From positions 2,728,001 to 2,792,000 of the forward strand of contig JBHGNT010000013.1 in the NCBI GenBank assembly GCA_043228905.1: a stretch of 64,000 bases of DNA, read 5' to 3'. Position numbers and translations under genes: made by a program. A model generated the notes under the pieces. That model was not told where the DNA came from and did not search any database. It saw only the letters and a program-made list of their open reading frames with translations. This stretch comes from Azolla caroliniana (Eukaryota; Plantae; Polypodiophyta). This document shows, piece after piece, positions 38,201 through 50,250 of the stretch (the stretch's first letter is position 1; every line of letters begins with the position of its first letter).

Positions 38201-39582
38201 AAATCAACCTTCTTAGCATCCTGCTAGAAAAGATGGTGCTGTTGTTTTCTACCCTTGGTTGTGGAAATTGAATTTGTAAAGCCATATTTTCTAGCAGAGA
38301 AGTGTTATGTGAACTAAAAACATGACTGCTTTTTACAAAGAATATGACATTAGACAAGTCTCATGATACTTAAACGCACAACCTTGAGGTCACAGACTAG
38401 AAGCTTTATTGGTATAACTTTACACTCAAGCAATTAACATATGAATATAATTTTTATGGACAATAACATCTGTGTGTGAATGTGTAATGTGTTGTTTATC
38501 CAGTGTACAATGGAGGGAATGAATGTTGTTTTTAAAGACCCATCTTCAGGTTTTCCAAGTTCAGATCAAGGATATACATGTCAAGTAAGTTGTTCTCCAG
38601 TATACATGCCATGCCCCTCCAGAATATTATAGATTTCTGATAAGGTATCACTTACAATGAATATATGTTGGTCAAAGGTTGAAATTGCCGGTCGTGTCAT
38701 GGGAAAGGGAAATGGACATTCTTGGGAAGAAGCCAAGCAAAAGGTATGTCAAAAGTATTTGGTTTTTTTGCTTACTTTTGTCAACAGTGGTCATTTTTAA
38801 GTGCAAGCAAGAAGTATTCATAATAAAATCATTTGAGTTTTTAAAGCATTTTTTTTACCATATCTGTAATTACGTCTTGTTTATGACAGGCTGCAGATGA
38901 AGCATTGAGGTCTGTCACAGTGTCATCACAATCATGGGGACCTCTGAAAAGGACGAATCCTCCTAGGTGTGGTTTTATACCCCTAACTCACTTTTTTGCA
39001 TAGCGTCTGTTTTAAAAATTGCTAGAATATCCCTCTTTCTTTAAAAATAACCGAAAATACCCTCAGAAATCTGGGCTTACATAGCATTATCTTTTATCAA
39101 TTTAGGTTAATTTTTGTTTGTGATAGATAGACGTAACATATTTAATCACCTTGTTAGTTTCTAAACAGGGGTAGCAAACTTACATTATAAATTGATCGCT
39201 TATTACACCTCATTAAAATTGACGAGTATTTACGTAATTGAAAAGAAAAACTTGGGGATATTCTTATGAATGTTTTGAAAGCCAAGGGTAAAATTTGACC
39301 CAATCCAAGGGGGAGATCCTGGGAGATATTCTGATGAGTGAAATGTAGAACCTATTGTCTTTTTTCCCCATTGTATTGAAATATATGAATGAAAAATGGA
39401 GAAGAGCTTGCAATGTTGCTAGCTTTCAGTGGATGAAGAAAGAACATCTTTGCTGTTATTTGTGGTATTTTTACAGGTCTCCACCACTTCAATCAAACAA
39501 AAGGATGAGGTCAGGTGAGCCTCCAAGAGTGATACAACGAATGCCACCGTCACCTCGCCAACTTTCTCCAAGGCGATTTTAG
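26230..39582 (+). CDS. CPL1: RNA polymerase II C-terminal domain phosphatase-like 1/2 (FCP1-type HAD phosphatase plus two dsRNA-binding motifs), ~972 aa, 17 coding exons
   Basis: Exons with GT-AG boundaries and consistent phase: 26230-26505, 27122-27601, 27746-27956, 28057-28214, 28299-28369, 29652-29757, 35866-35958, 36284-36889, 36993-37053, 37149-37264, 37408-37461, 37557-37653, 37741-38000, 38504-38584, 38678-38743, 38890-38966, 39477-39582 (2919 nt). Catalytic [14 protein letters not shown] motif, plus [30 protein letters not shown] and [26 protein letters not shown]. dsRBMs include [16 protein letters not shown] and [16 protein letters not shown]. Confidence 0.95.
28700..28760 (+). mobile_element. 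tRNA-derived SINE-like head in CPL intron 5
   Basis: A-box-like CTGGTAAG and B-box AAGGTCCTGGGTTCAAATCC with tRNA spacing (34 nt). No intact cloverleaf. Confidence 0.45.
30007..35121 (-). mobile_element. Intact young Ty1/copia LTR retrotransposon (Ale/Retrofit-like) in CPL intron 6, antisense to the gene
   Basis: LTRs 30007-30197 and 34931-35121 are 191 bp with no differences seen. Perfect AACTC TSD (30002-30006 and 35122-35126). PBS TGGTATCAGAGC at 34930-34919, PPT GAGGGGGAG at ~30206-30198, and a single uninterrupted polyprotein ORF. Confidence 0.98.
30205..34740 (-). CDS. Copia gag-pol polyprotein (GAG, zf-CCHC, PR, INT, RT, RNase H); first in-frame ATG at 34674
   Basis: 1511-aa ORF with [75 protein letters not shown] and ARSTAEAEY. 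Confidence 0.97.
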   Translation of the reverse strand: MRGDLEKKKSQKRKAEIGQVDKMDDVFSKLNEDEVKTLVKYMKQAEIVASGGVTGMQPPPRLELLPVEFKLDGPATYLSWSRRIIGALAGRSRDGYLTGEEKEPPIKTSNEWKAWRATHMSLYTWLLNSMIPSIATTVDGILSVKEIWEKLQKTYAGRGNNMRVFQIEQEIDAVCQGDRMVQEYAIELERLWAEYDHFSPVTVCNDPQCKSKEISAQRRTMQFLKHLNPSFDQRRAVLLAKAEIPTLDEAIATMIQEESRMKLLSDTTGLPGVRSALMVSNTSGSENRKCYNCGEAGHFKNACPKPSKEREYGGRGQTRGRGRGGRRGARGGYQANLMVAKEEEGTKVVFTEEDQALLEILRRKQRAADDTSFMSRGNTATYAYSATSTSNTNTLASTPEWIIDSGASRHVTGNASEFSSYTHLSMPESIQIADGTIQPVVGIGTVKCTDSVTLSNVLHAPSFPVNLLSISSIIHQLKCVVSFDIPKVIFQEKGTGRRLGTGTWHSGLWYLDREGLDSALASMVEGIDVRGSRMSYEDLLILHHQRMGHASYGILSRVYPHLFEKADKTKLVCDACEFGKLTKSSYASSGHRSSHAFDVIHSDVWGPCPTSSINGYRYFVSFIDCFSRVTWLYLMRKKNEVFACFKDFHRAVQTQYGAVVKVLRSDNGTEYANMTFRAYLSDQGIQHQTTCPYTPEQNGVAERKNRHLLEVTRSMMISMNVPKQLWGQAVLTAATLINRMPSRVLEWKSPCELLQGNNSGILPLKVFGCVCFVKDSRPSVGKLDPKAVKCVFVGYSATQKGYVCWSPVEKRLFVSMDVHFRESEPYYKQGVTSPFDDLIQTENMREGDNCERLLKIGSIPLLIPTSAEKEVSVGGTEEEGNEDEEPICVGTQVEGELKVYTRKRRQKDGNVNTSSTPHVPSSSMSRPASTSEIPTELPNLEITGDMISSPSPIEIRRTSRSNAGVPPDRYGFPHDIAQFISYSNISATHRAFIASLDSVTLPKCWQVAKEDPKWKAAMQEELGALEKNKTWEIVSLPPGKKAVGCKWVFTIKQTPEGKIDRYKARLVAKGYSQTYGIDYDETFAPVAKMSTVRTLISLAVNKDWKLHQLDVKNAFLHGELMEEVYMDVPPGFGTIQTVGKVCKLRKSLYGLKQSPRAWFDRLRRAMVGMGYQQTNADHTVFFRQHKDHTTLLAVYVDDIIITGNDEGEIAQLKMQLGKEFEVKDLGLLRYFLGIEVARGAEGVVLSQRKYVLDLLKETGMLGCRPVASPIDQKIKLTELTGEKVDRERYQRLVGRLIYLTHTRPDISFAVSVVSRYMHDPRKDHMDAVYHILRYLKGAPGKGLIFRKHGHFNIEGYCDSDWASCADDRKSTSGYCMFVGGNLVSWKSKKQSVVARSTAEAEYRAIAIGVAEMLWLRTLLVELKVNQENQMMLWCDNKSAISIANNPVQHDRTKHIEIDRFFIKEKLDNGILKLSHVSTEHQVADCLTKGLGPVSLTRLCDKMGLVDIFHPS

Positions 39583-41481
39583 AAACAAGAGAAGTGAAGA
39601 GTTACAAGATTTAGATATTTATATATATATGCCCCTATGAGCTGACCATTGATGGCAAGCAATCAAGTCCGACTTCGGGGTATCGAGAAAAAGAATGCTC
39701 TCATTCCTCGGGTGTGCATTCTATTCTGTCTGGTTTGAGGTTTGGTTGAGTTTGGGTCTGCCATCCCTGCAGAGTTACAGAGCTGAAATTCTTATTTTAA
39801 TCCTTAATGGGGCCATATGTGGCAAGAAAGCGAACTCTCAACCTTTAGGGCTTTAAGAGCAATAGTCTAAACCACTAGGGTAATGCCCTTGAGTCTTAGT
39901 TTTGTGGCTGCATTATGTTACGTATATACCTATCTTATTTGCAGTTGCTCTCTATCATTTAAAAATCCATCACCATCACAAGGCTGAAAGGTGATCCTTA
40001 TAATGGAGAGTGTAGCAACCATGAAATTCTATATCTTCCTGGAAGCAACATTTTTCCGGTTGATTTCATTTACCAATGTCTTTTGCAGCTACTCGTGAGT
40101 GAAGATAAATTATTCTTATACTAAGCCCATTGTTGATCTACAAAGTTGACTGGGGAGGTTGTAATATGTAATGAATTCTTTCTTCAATAGGATGTGAATG
40201 AATTAATTTTTTCGGCCAAAAAAGGGCTTTATTGTCTTAAAATTATCTTCTCTCCCCAAGTAAAACCAACTTTATTCTTTGTCCATACAGCTTGACATAT
40301 TCTTAAAACAAATCGAAAACATGAAAACGCAACACAGGAATAAAAGGAAGACCATGAGATTGTTTTGTGTGGTTGCAAATGTTGGATGTGACATGCACAC
40401 CATCATGCTGGATATGTTTTTTGTCAATGATTATGCGTTATGATTGCAAAGGAATTCCTTCTTTGTCATTGTATTTGTATTCTCATATCAGATTCGTCAA
40501 TGTAACAAGAAATATCATGATATATAATCAATGATCTCCTATTTGTTTGAGAGAGATTGTAGTGAGATGTTTTCCATTGTATTGTATTTACATTTAAATT
40601 TGTGATAAAGGAATTTGGTTTAGGAAATGTGAACTCGTGTCTTTGATATTAATGAAGGTGAATGAGTATATGATTTTGTTAAAAAGATTGGTTGTTCTAT
40701 GTATAGTGAATCAGATGTATAGATACATCCATAGTTGGATTCTAGTTGGTGTTCAGAAAAACATTCGTTAATTTACTGCCAATTATGAGAAAAAAACTGC
40801 AGTATAGAAAGGAATTTAGTAGATGATGTAATAAGGATAAGGTTATTGAAGTTCATTGAGGACAAGGACTTTGTATGGCGAAACTCACATATTTGAAAAT
40901 CTTGTATATATGGTGAACAAGACATCAAGGTGAATGAATTCAAGTGAGAGATGATTTGTAGCAAAATATATACAAGAGAAATGGAAATGTGAGGGGTCAA
41001 ATTTGATTATCAAGTGAAAGATGTGCATCTCTAAGTTGATATGGATTTATTGTATGGCATTGATTCACTTGATAAAATTCAAAGTCAAGTCATTCCCCAT
41101 ATTTCTCATACTAGTTCTATTATCATATATAAAACCACATTTTGCACCATAGAGAAGATGCAACAATATAGATACCTACTTGCTTATCTTTTAAGTATAT
41201 TTAAACCTGCGGTAAATTTGAGAGTTATACCACTCCAAACTCAATAGTTTTTTTGAGACAAACTTATGTAGATGTACTAGCTGTTGTATGCATAACATTT
41301 GTGGCGATTACCTTGAGAATTTAAAATCGTTCATGTTTCTCCGATCATTGTAACGAAACCCATGTATGAAGTCACAATTCTTTCTCCTTCTCCCCTTGAG
41401 TTTATTGACATTTCTTGTCAAGAATTTCTACATGTTTACAATATGACGTTAAAAGCTTTTGCTTATAGGGCTTTGTCTTAA

Positions 41482-43548
41482 TCATTCACGGGCATTTTGC
41501 AACCTATCTAGCCCACTATCTAACGACATCTTATGATGATCCAATTGATCCATATGATGTTTCAATTGCATTTTAGAGGAGTTCGAATTGTGTTGTTTGG
41601 GAATGAACTTCTCAAACAACGGAAGAAAAATGTGATGGGATTTTTTAGTATCTTTAGGTTGTTGAATATTTGTTTGGTTCAACTTATTGAGCTTTTTTAT
41701 TTCCTCACATTTTAAGGGATGGCATTTGTTGTCAATATAGGAAAGGTTCAACAAATGTTTGTTCAACTCTGATGCTATCATCTTTGTATCAACCATCTTT
41801 GATTGCACATCCATTTCCATAGACAAATTTGTATTTGGATGTGTTGTAGAGACAAATGAGTGGCTAATCATGTCTGTATAACTATTTGAGAAAGTTTTGC
41901 GTAATGGATTCTGCATGCCCTTCAATTTGTTACCATTGGATCTATTTAGATCTCTTTCGGAAAAACTCCTCAAATCCAGATGATATTGCGCATTATTTGA
42001 CTTTGTCATAGCTAAGAATGAGTTATGAGTTGAATGGAATTCCTCGTTATGCACAAAACAATTTTTTTTTGCATCAACGGGTCTAGGTATGATGGTAGAT
42101 TGTTGAAGAGGATAATATTGCATTTGACTTTCCATATTATGCACTTTATTTGTGTGTTCCATGTACTCCATGCTTGTGTTCTTTCTCATGTCCACACAAT
42201 TCCCATCCCTTTCACCATCACCACATGGTTGTTCCCTATAAAAAAGGGATTTAACTTTTGTTATTTATTCTTGAAATCCTCGACATATTTGTGAACAATG
42301 ATAGGTATAATCTAGAAAAGTGGCCACAAAGCACAAACACAATTTCATATTACTTGGTAGGTACAAGTTGGAACCAAATGAAACATGGTCATGACAAAAA
42401 TTACTTTTCACATTACCTAAGTAGCAAGAGACTCATGGAAGAATCAATCTATTACCTTGTAAGATGGAAATTGCTACCATTGAGATTTTGGTTGTCACAA
42501 TGGCAATATGGGCTTATGGTATGAGCTCCATTGAAAATTTCCGTCGGAATACACGTGCATGAGATCTTAGAATATACATCACAATAACGATCCTTTTCTT
42601 GTATTATGGGTTGAGAGCTTATGCATGAACCCCCTTCTTGACTTGATTCTTCACTATCATTCATGTCAAGAGTCTCATTTAGATATTGTAGGTCTTGTGA
42701 TTCCCAATTGGAGATGATATTCTCATTGTCATTGTCATTCTCGTTCTCAGATATACCTATCTTCTTTCTTAGTTGCACTTCCCAATTTAGTCTCTCTTGA
42801 AGCTCCAATACCTGAAACCAAACTTCAAAAAATCAGGCCTTAGTTTAGTAATTAGAGCTCAAATTTGAACTAAATAATTTATCTTAGACAATCATTAAAA
42901 TCTTTCATGAAGGAGATTAATATTATTCTTTTTGTGGATGTTCAAAATTTCTGATTAAACATTATATGTTGATGTACATGATTATTGCTTAGTTCTTTTC
43001 ATGCCAAACAAGTGACTTATGCCTTCTTAGCCAGTTGTTGTGACCGTTGTTTTTCGAGTTTATACTCAGTACGTTGCGCTTGAAGTCGGGTTTGGAGGAA
43101 TTCTATGGTCATAAAGGAAGGATCTTCACATCTACATTGAAAAACATAAAAAATATATATATCATAAAAAGCAATGATAGAAAGGAGTAAATAACTACGG
43201 TTTAGCAGATGTATTATCGGATATGTCATGAAAATTACCCAAAACACATTTATAAAATAATTCTTTTCAACTAATTTTCATGACAACTATATACATATGT
43301 ATATGCAAACTAATGAATCTTCATGATTCTATCTACTTTGTATCAAATTTCAATGGACACTGAAAATATTACCTTTCTAGAGACGAGGAACTAAAGCTTC
43401 GCTCAAGTGTCTTAAGGTAGCTTCGAGCTTTCCGATCGATGACTCTAACGAATTTGTTCCCTGTGGTAATGGCAACATTGCCATTTGTGTTTTGAATGAC
43501 ATGGTTGTTTGTTTTTGTGTCGTCGTGATTGGTAGCTAGGCTACTCAT
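41482..43548 (-). CDS. Uncharacterised plant protein with an N-terminal coiled coil (MTIEFL..RL motif family), ~464 aa, 4 exons
   Basis: Exons 43548-43373, 43131-43023, 42811-42456 and 42235-41482 join in frame (1395 nt), provided intron 2 uses a GC donor. The motif MTIEFLQTRLQAQRTEYKLEKQRSQQLAKK|VLELQERLNWEVQLRKK resembles, from memory, the plant 'MTIEFLRARLLSER…ELAKRVAELEEQL' family. Confidence 0.65.
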
Positions 43549-45950
43549 CTTTGAACAAAAAGAAGAATATATGAGGATATTGTTTCCCTTTTGTTAGTAC
43601 TATTAATGCTTGAAATGTGGAATAAAAATCTTCAAATGAACAAAAATGATAAAAGCAAGAACCAAATGTCATTCCGTTCTTTGTTTAATGCTCATATATA
43701 ATGTTTGAGGCATGTGTGGTGGTGAAAAACTTGGGTTCAAGGATATTTTTGTCATTTCTTTGAACACATTTCATCGACCAACTGTAGAAATGCACTAACC
43801 TAATATGATCTTAAGCTAATGCAGTTGACCATGGTCAAGCAAGAACTAAATTTAACATGATCAACATTTATCTAAATGAACCATGCCAAGATTCCATGGA
43901 GAGCATTAAATTAATCATTGTCAAGAACTCATGAAGGGAACTACATTAACCAGATCGAGAAACACTAAGTGAGTTAGTGAACCAAGATTGACACTTAATT
44001 AATGAATACATGAATGACAAGATTGTCATGAACTGGTGTTAATGAATAGAGTTACAATAGATTATGTGTGTGCATGCATTAAACGATACCTTTCTTTCTC
44101 TAAAAACTTGAAATATCTCTTTCTTTTTAAGGTTGAAGGATGAAGGTTACCTTCTTAAATAGATGTGAATGAATGTGCTAGCTAAACATTTTGTTTGTTT
44201 TTAGCACATACGAAAGTAAAAACAAAAGAGATAAAAAATTGGAAGAATATTCTCAAAAATATGAATGCCCCAGAAGAGGAATCATGTGCACAGTTCCCAA
44301 ATTGTAGACCTCCATTAAGAATTGTGAAAGGCAAATATTTGTTGAGAATAACAAAAAGTGGATAGGATTTTGTTGGTGGTATTAAGCTGTCGTTGTTTTC
44401 TACAATGTTCTTTGAGAGATAACACATGTGTGTGCGCATGCAGAGGGGGATTTTGACATATGTGAGTGTGTCAAGGTGCGACCCTAAGTTAAGAGGAAAT
44501 GAAAGTAAAGTAGGCATAGCTCTATTTGTAAGGTCAAGTGATGGAGAGAAGATGATCACATGTTCAATCCCTACATTTCACAATATTTTTTTAGTAAAGT
44601 AAAGTAATTAGTGAGATTGGAAACAAAGTGTACTTGCTTGGGCTGATAAAAATACACAACCTAACACTAAAGTAACACCCCAATTTTAAGAGAAAAGATT
44701 GAGATAGATTATTGAGGCGATACTTGAATGGCAAATACAAAAGACACTTAACGCTTAAATGAAAGAATAAGCTGGTTTCTTCAATTAATTGTTCGTCTCA
44801 GCCACAAGTTTGATGTTGTCGTTGAATAGACGAGCAAAAAGAATTCCTTGTGTTGCAAAGGTTTTAACCTCATTAAACATTCTTGAAAGCTAGTTTATTT
44901 GAATCCTTGAAAATCACGTATGATGTTTTGATATGTGGGACATTCCAAAATAACGCGTTCTTTTGCTTTTGGCGCATTGATGCAATATTCTCTTTTTCTG
45001 TTCAACACTCATCCAAAACTCCATGTGTTTGAGTGTGTAGGAATTAGGGTGATAACATGTCTCACTTGCTTCAAAATGGGTGTTTAAATGTCTATTTGAT
45101 CATTAGTCAGTTGATTAAGGTCATTTTCCCAATGTTAAGTAATAACGTGGCTACAATAGTACTCAAACTTGGACCTTTGGGAGGACCTTCTTTACATAAG
45201 TTCACATGCTGTCTAGTGTCCTATTGTGTGGTCAATTCTATATGATGGTTAAGCTGAGCCAACAATAGTTGTACATTTTCATGTTCAAGCATTGCCCAAT
45301 AATAGGGTACTAGATTTTGCGCAATCCGGATATGATTGTTCAAACTTTGCGGTTGAACACCCCGACGACTGTTAACCGTTTCTTGGGGGGGGGGGGGGGT
45401 GGGGGGACACCTTCGATGAGCCCATAGGCTATCGGTATCAAGGGGTCGTGTTATGTGGAAGCCTCTTCTACACCGAGAAGACGTTATGGGAACAAGGAGC
45501 GTACACGGGCTACAACCCGTTAGACATAGACGTTGTTAGGAACAGTACTAAGACAGAGAAGGAATTAGTACTAAACGAAGGATTAATACTATGAGAGGTG
45601 TAGAACTTCTTCGAGAGAAGGAAGAAGTGAGCGAGACGGAGAGAAAGAGAGAGGGAGAGAGTGATGATAAGAAAGATATGTATTATGTGAAGAGAATATA
45701 CAATGGTGGCTAAAAGGCTTAAGACTGGCGTTGAACCAATTTGGTTCAAAACAATGCCTTGCGCCTCCTTTTATAGTGTTTTTAGGAATAATCTTGAAGC
45801 TTCTAGAATGTTCTAGAGAGATTTGGAATATACATCAATATCCTATGATAAAGCATAAATGAAAATAATATCCTACAAATTACAATTCATAGTCTAACGG
45901 TAAGAGCTCGACCCATGTAGCATAAGGTCATGGGTTCGAGTCTTGCCATA

Positions 45951-48900
45951 TCATGACACTATCTCCCCCTTAAAGACGACGAGTGGAACGAGTCGGCGCT
46001 GAGTGCGGACGGGGTTTGTCCGAATACTTTTGCTGGAAATCAGCAAGAAGATCCTGAGCATTAGCAACATGCTCGACGGGTTCCCAAGTACGTTCGCTCG
46101 GACTATAACCGAGCCAATCGACCAAATAATAAAGTTTGTTGCAAACGAGTTTGGAATCGAGGATGGCAACAACTTCATACTCTGGGCCGGCATCCAACTC
46201 CAGCGAGGGCGGCGGTGGTGTCACACGATCGGGAATGGTGTTTGCTTTATAAGGTTCAAGAAGAGAACAATGGAAAACCGGATATATCTGAAGCTGTGGA
46301 GGGAGATCAAGGCGGAATGTGACATCATTAACCTTACTCGTAACACGGAAAGGACCGAGTCGTCGATAATCCAAATTGTCGCACGATCGAGTAGTCTTGA
46401 TGTGACGATGTAAGAGCCATACTCGATCTCCGATGGCAAAAGAGGAGGGAATCTGATGACGATCCACATAAGTCTTCTGTGTGTGTTGAGCATGACGAAG
46501 GTGAGTAGAGAGATCCATATGGATCTTGTGTAGCCTCTCCAAATGATCCTCGACACGAGGGTTGGTAGGTAGCTCCGGGGTGTCGATCACCGACCAACGA
46601 GGATGGAAACCGGTATAAGCGAAAAATGGGGAGACCTGAGTCGAGGAGTGAATAACATTATTATACGCAAACTCCGCAAAGTGGAGAATATCGGCCCAAT
46701 CGTCCTGTTGATAACTCAGGAAACATCGGAGATATTGCTCCAGCGTTTGGTTTGTTCGTTCCGCCTGCCTATCGGTCTGAGGATGGTAGCCGGAGGAGAG
46801 TTTGCAAGAGACCTTGAGCATCTTGAAGAGATGCTGCCAAATTTTGGAGAAAAATTGCGGTCCTCGGTCACCGATGATACTGTTTGGGAGGCCATGATGC
46901 CGAAATACCTCACGCATGACAAGGGCGGCGGTTTCCTCGCTAGTGATGGCCTTAATACACGACACAAAATGTGACATCTTCGTATATCGATCGACGACGG
47001 TTAGGATAGCATCGAACCCCTTCGAGACCGGCAGATCTGTGATAAAATCAAGACAAATAGACTGCTACAGCTTACTTGGAATTGGTAAGGGTTCCAACAA
47101 GCCATATGGATGGTGTCGTGGCATCTTTGCTCGGCAGCAAGCATCACAGGTCTGAACGTAGTCGTTGTCAAAACGGCGCATATGGGGCCACCAAAAAGAT
47201 CGCTGCACTAACTCCAACGTCTTAGTACTACCGAAATGTCCCGCCGTATGGGTGTCGTGACAATGTTGGACGATTTGAAGGCGACAGGAGCAATCGGGGA
47301 CATATACACGGTTTTTAAAGAATAACAAACCATCATGATATTCGAATTGTCGGTAGTCAATACCTGGTTGTTGAGACTGAGAACAGGATGCCCGAGAAGT
47401 ATCAATGTGCGCCAGGATGTCTTGAGAAAAACTATCTGTCTTCAAGGTTGCACGTATGTCATCGGTAATCCGTGAATCCATCGGGGTGTGAAAAATCTGC
47501 GTCGTGTGCAATCATGTTGGTCCCAAGATTACTTGCTTTTGATTATCAAATGTTGCATCACCAAGACGAGGTGCAAGATATGAACGCCGTGATAGTGCAT
47601 CTGCTTTTCCTTGATGCTTCCCCGATCGATATGTGATTTTGAAGTCGAAACGCGTGAGGAATTGCGCCCACCGAGCTTGCCGTCGATTTAGTACGCAAGC
47701 GTTCTGGAAATAAGCAAGATTTTTATGATCGCTAAAGACAATGACCTGATGTGGAGAGCCCTCTAAGAAATGCCGCCATTGCACAAATGAATCCACGATG
47801 GCTAATAACTCCTTGTCATGTATTTCGTAGTTGATTTCTGCGACATCGAATTTGCGCGAATGGAAAGCCACAAGATGCAACTCTTCTTTATCTCCTTGTT
47901 GAGAAAGGATGCTACCGAGGGCGAAATCTGATGCGTCGGCCTCCATGATGAATGGTTTGCTTGTATACACATGAGCTAGAATCGGTGTTGATGTAGGCTT
48001 TCTTAAGATGCCGAAAAGCCATATCTGCTTCGATGGACCAAAGAAATGCTTGGCCCTTCTTCGTAAGTTGTGTGAGAGGTAAAATAATCTTCGAGTAATC
48101 CTGTATAAACTTACGGTAGAAGTTAGCAAAACCTAGAAAACATTGTACATCTCGTACCGATCGTGGAAATTGCCACTCTAGTACAGTTTGGATTTTAGTT
48201 GGATCCATGGCGATGCCCTTTGAGGAGATGACGTAGCCTAGAAATTCCACTTTCTTGCAGTCAAAGCTACATTTTTCTCGCTTGGCATAAAGACCATTCT
48301 CGCGGAGTCGCTTTAGTACTAATAGTACATGAGAATCGTGCTCTTCCTGGGTCTTCGAATAAATCAATAGATCATCCAGATAGATGATCAAACAGATATC
48401 CAAGAGGTCTCTGAATATATCATTTGCCATGTGTTGGAAGACTGCGGGTGCATTGGTTAGGCCGAACGACATAACAGTATACTCGAAATGCCCATACCGC
48501 GTGCGAAAGGCGGTCTTCCATTCATCTCCCGGTCGGATCCGCACGAGGTTATATGCTCCTCGTAGGTTGATTTTAGTAAAAAACCTGGCACCATTAACTC
48601 GCTCTAAAAGACTTGATATAAGAAAAGAAAGAAAGAAAGAAAGATATATTAACGTCTTCTAAGGCCAAATTTGGCCCATGAGACAATTGGGTTACAACAA
48701 AAATGAGTGTTTAATCAATCATCAAAACTAAAATAAAAGAAAATAGCTTAAGCTAAGAAAGTTCTAGTAGTGTACAAAACTTTGCACTAGGCCTAATCTC
48801 ATTTCCACCCAAGTCTCTCAAAAAGAAGTGGGAGGTCAAAAGTTTTTGGTGTAGGTGTGACCCATGGTCCCGATGCATAGAGTGCCCTAGCCATGGCTTC

Positions 48901-50250
48901 TAGGCGGTGTAGTTCACGTTCCCTTATTTTCTTTATTGCTTCTACATCTTGTCGAGTTGCTTTGAAACCCGGCATCCGAGGGCGTTTGGTTCTTCTTTGA
49001 TTTTCTGCTTCATCAAGGAAAAGCCCGAGTGGTGCAGGTATGTCGACATTCATCGTCTCCCCATGTTCCTGAAAAACTTCATTTGTTACGTGTTGGTAAA
49101 CATTAGCAACATTATTATCAATGTTTTGTAATTTATTCTCTCTGTGTTGTTTCAATTCTAAGATGTATCTACCTAATTTCTTTATATCTAGTGTATCTAA
49201 TAGTTTAGGGAGGGTGGGAGAGGAACCAAGTATGTCTTGGTATTTTGCCCTTATCTCGGCATAGGTGGGGCATTTGCATGTAAAATGGTACTCATCCTCT
49301 ATCTCTATGTGGCATAACCTACATATCCTTTCCTCCCTAGGGACCTTATTCCGGATGGTGACCTTATTCAATCCGTGGTAATCAACAACGAGACGAAGTG
49401 AGCCATCTTTCTTCTTGACAAAGAAGATGGGTGCACCGGCCGGAGATTTCGAATGACGGATGAACCCGCTTGCCAAGTTCTCCTCTATGTAGGCTCGAAG
49501 GACTTCTAACTCGGTGGGTGACAGGTTGTAAATTGGTCCCCATGGTGGCTCGGTTCCTAGTTGTAAATCGATGGGACAGTCATAGGGACGGTGATGAGGA
49601 AGGGTACCGGCTTTTACCTTGTCAAATACATCGGCATAAGGATGATATTTTGCCGGAAGTTGTACTGAGGAGTCCTTCTTAATAGTGTTGGAAGGATGTA
49701 CTGATATTGCAAATAGGAACATTGCCTCCTTGGGTCCTTCTTCGCGTAGTTGGAGTGAAATGGTCGAAACTCGGTGAGTAGATTCTTGGGGTGGTCGATA
49801 TCGGACTTCTCTTGTTCTCCAATCTATGGTTGGATTATGTAATTCAAACCAAGGTAATCCTAGGACAATGGGATGCTCTTGACTACTAATTATATTAAAT
49901 GATATTACACACACAAAACTACCTAGGACAACTTGAATGGGTTCTGATTCTTCTACAATATTCCCAGAAGCAATGGGACGACCATCAATGACTACTACAG
50001 ATGCGGGACAAGGAAGTTTTCTTAAGGATATCTGAGAAGCTTGGGCAAAATTTTGATCCATGAAACAAGAATTAGCTCCGGAATGTAAAAGTGCTAGGAC
50101 GGGTACTGGGGGAGTACTTTTAGTACTAACAATGACTTGGGCTAGGAACACATTGCTAACTTGCTTGGAAGGAATGGAACCACTAATGGGTTATACAGAT
50201 CTAGGGCTGCTGTCCAACCAAACGGCTCCTATTTTGGCTGGACTCAATCG
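45951..50250 (-). pseudogene. pol of element C (PR, RT, RNase H, integrase, chromodomain), disrupted by a LINE insertion
   Basis: [11 protein letters not shown] (protease), IIYLDDLLIYS (RT), EADASDFALG (RNase H), SGYHPQTD (INT), YYLVDWLGYSPSERTWEP (chromodomain). Confidence 0.9.
48623..49347 (-). mobile_element. 5'-truncated non-LTR retrotransposon (RTE-X-like ORF2 C-terminus, 3' UTR, (CTTT)n tail) inserted in the RT of element C
   Basis: [32 protein letters not shown] is a CCHC knuckle. The 3' end is …ATATATCTTTCTTTCTTTCTTTC. It interrupts the RT motif NKVTIRN|…LISSLLER. Confidence 0.8.

Noticed and set aside
39024-39332. Possible MITE in CPL intron 16 (AGAATATC…GATATTCT inverted ends)
   Set aside because: The inverted match is only ~8-10 bp and no TSD is visible, which is insufficient.
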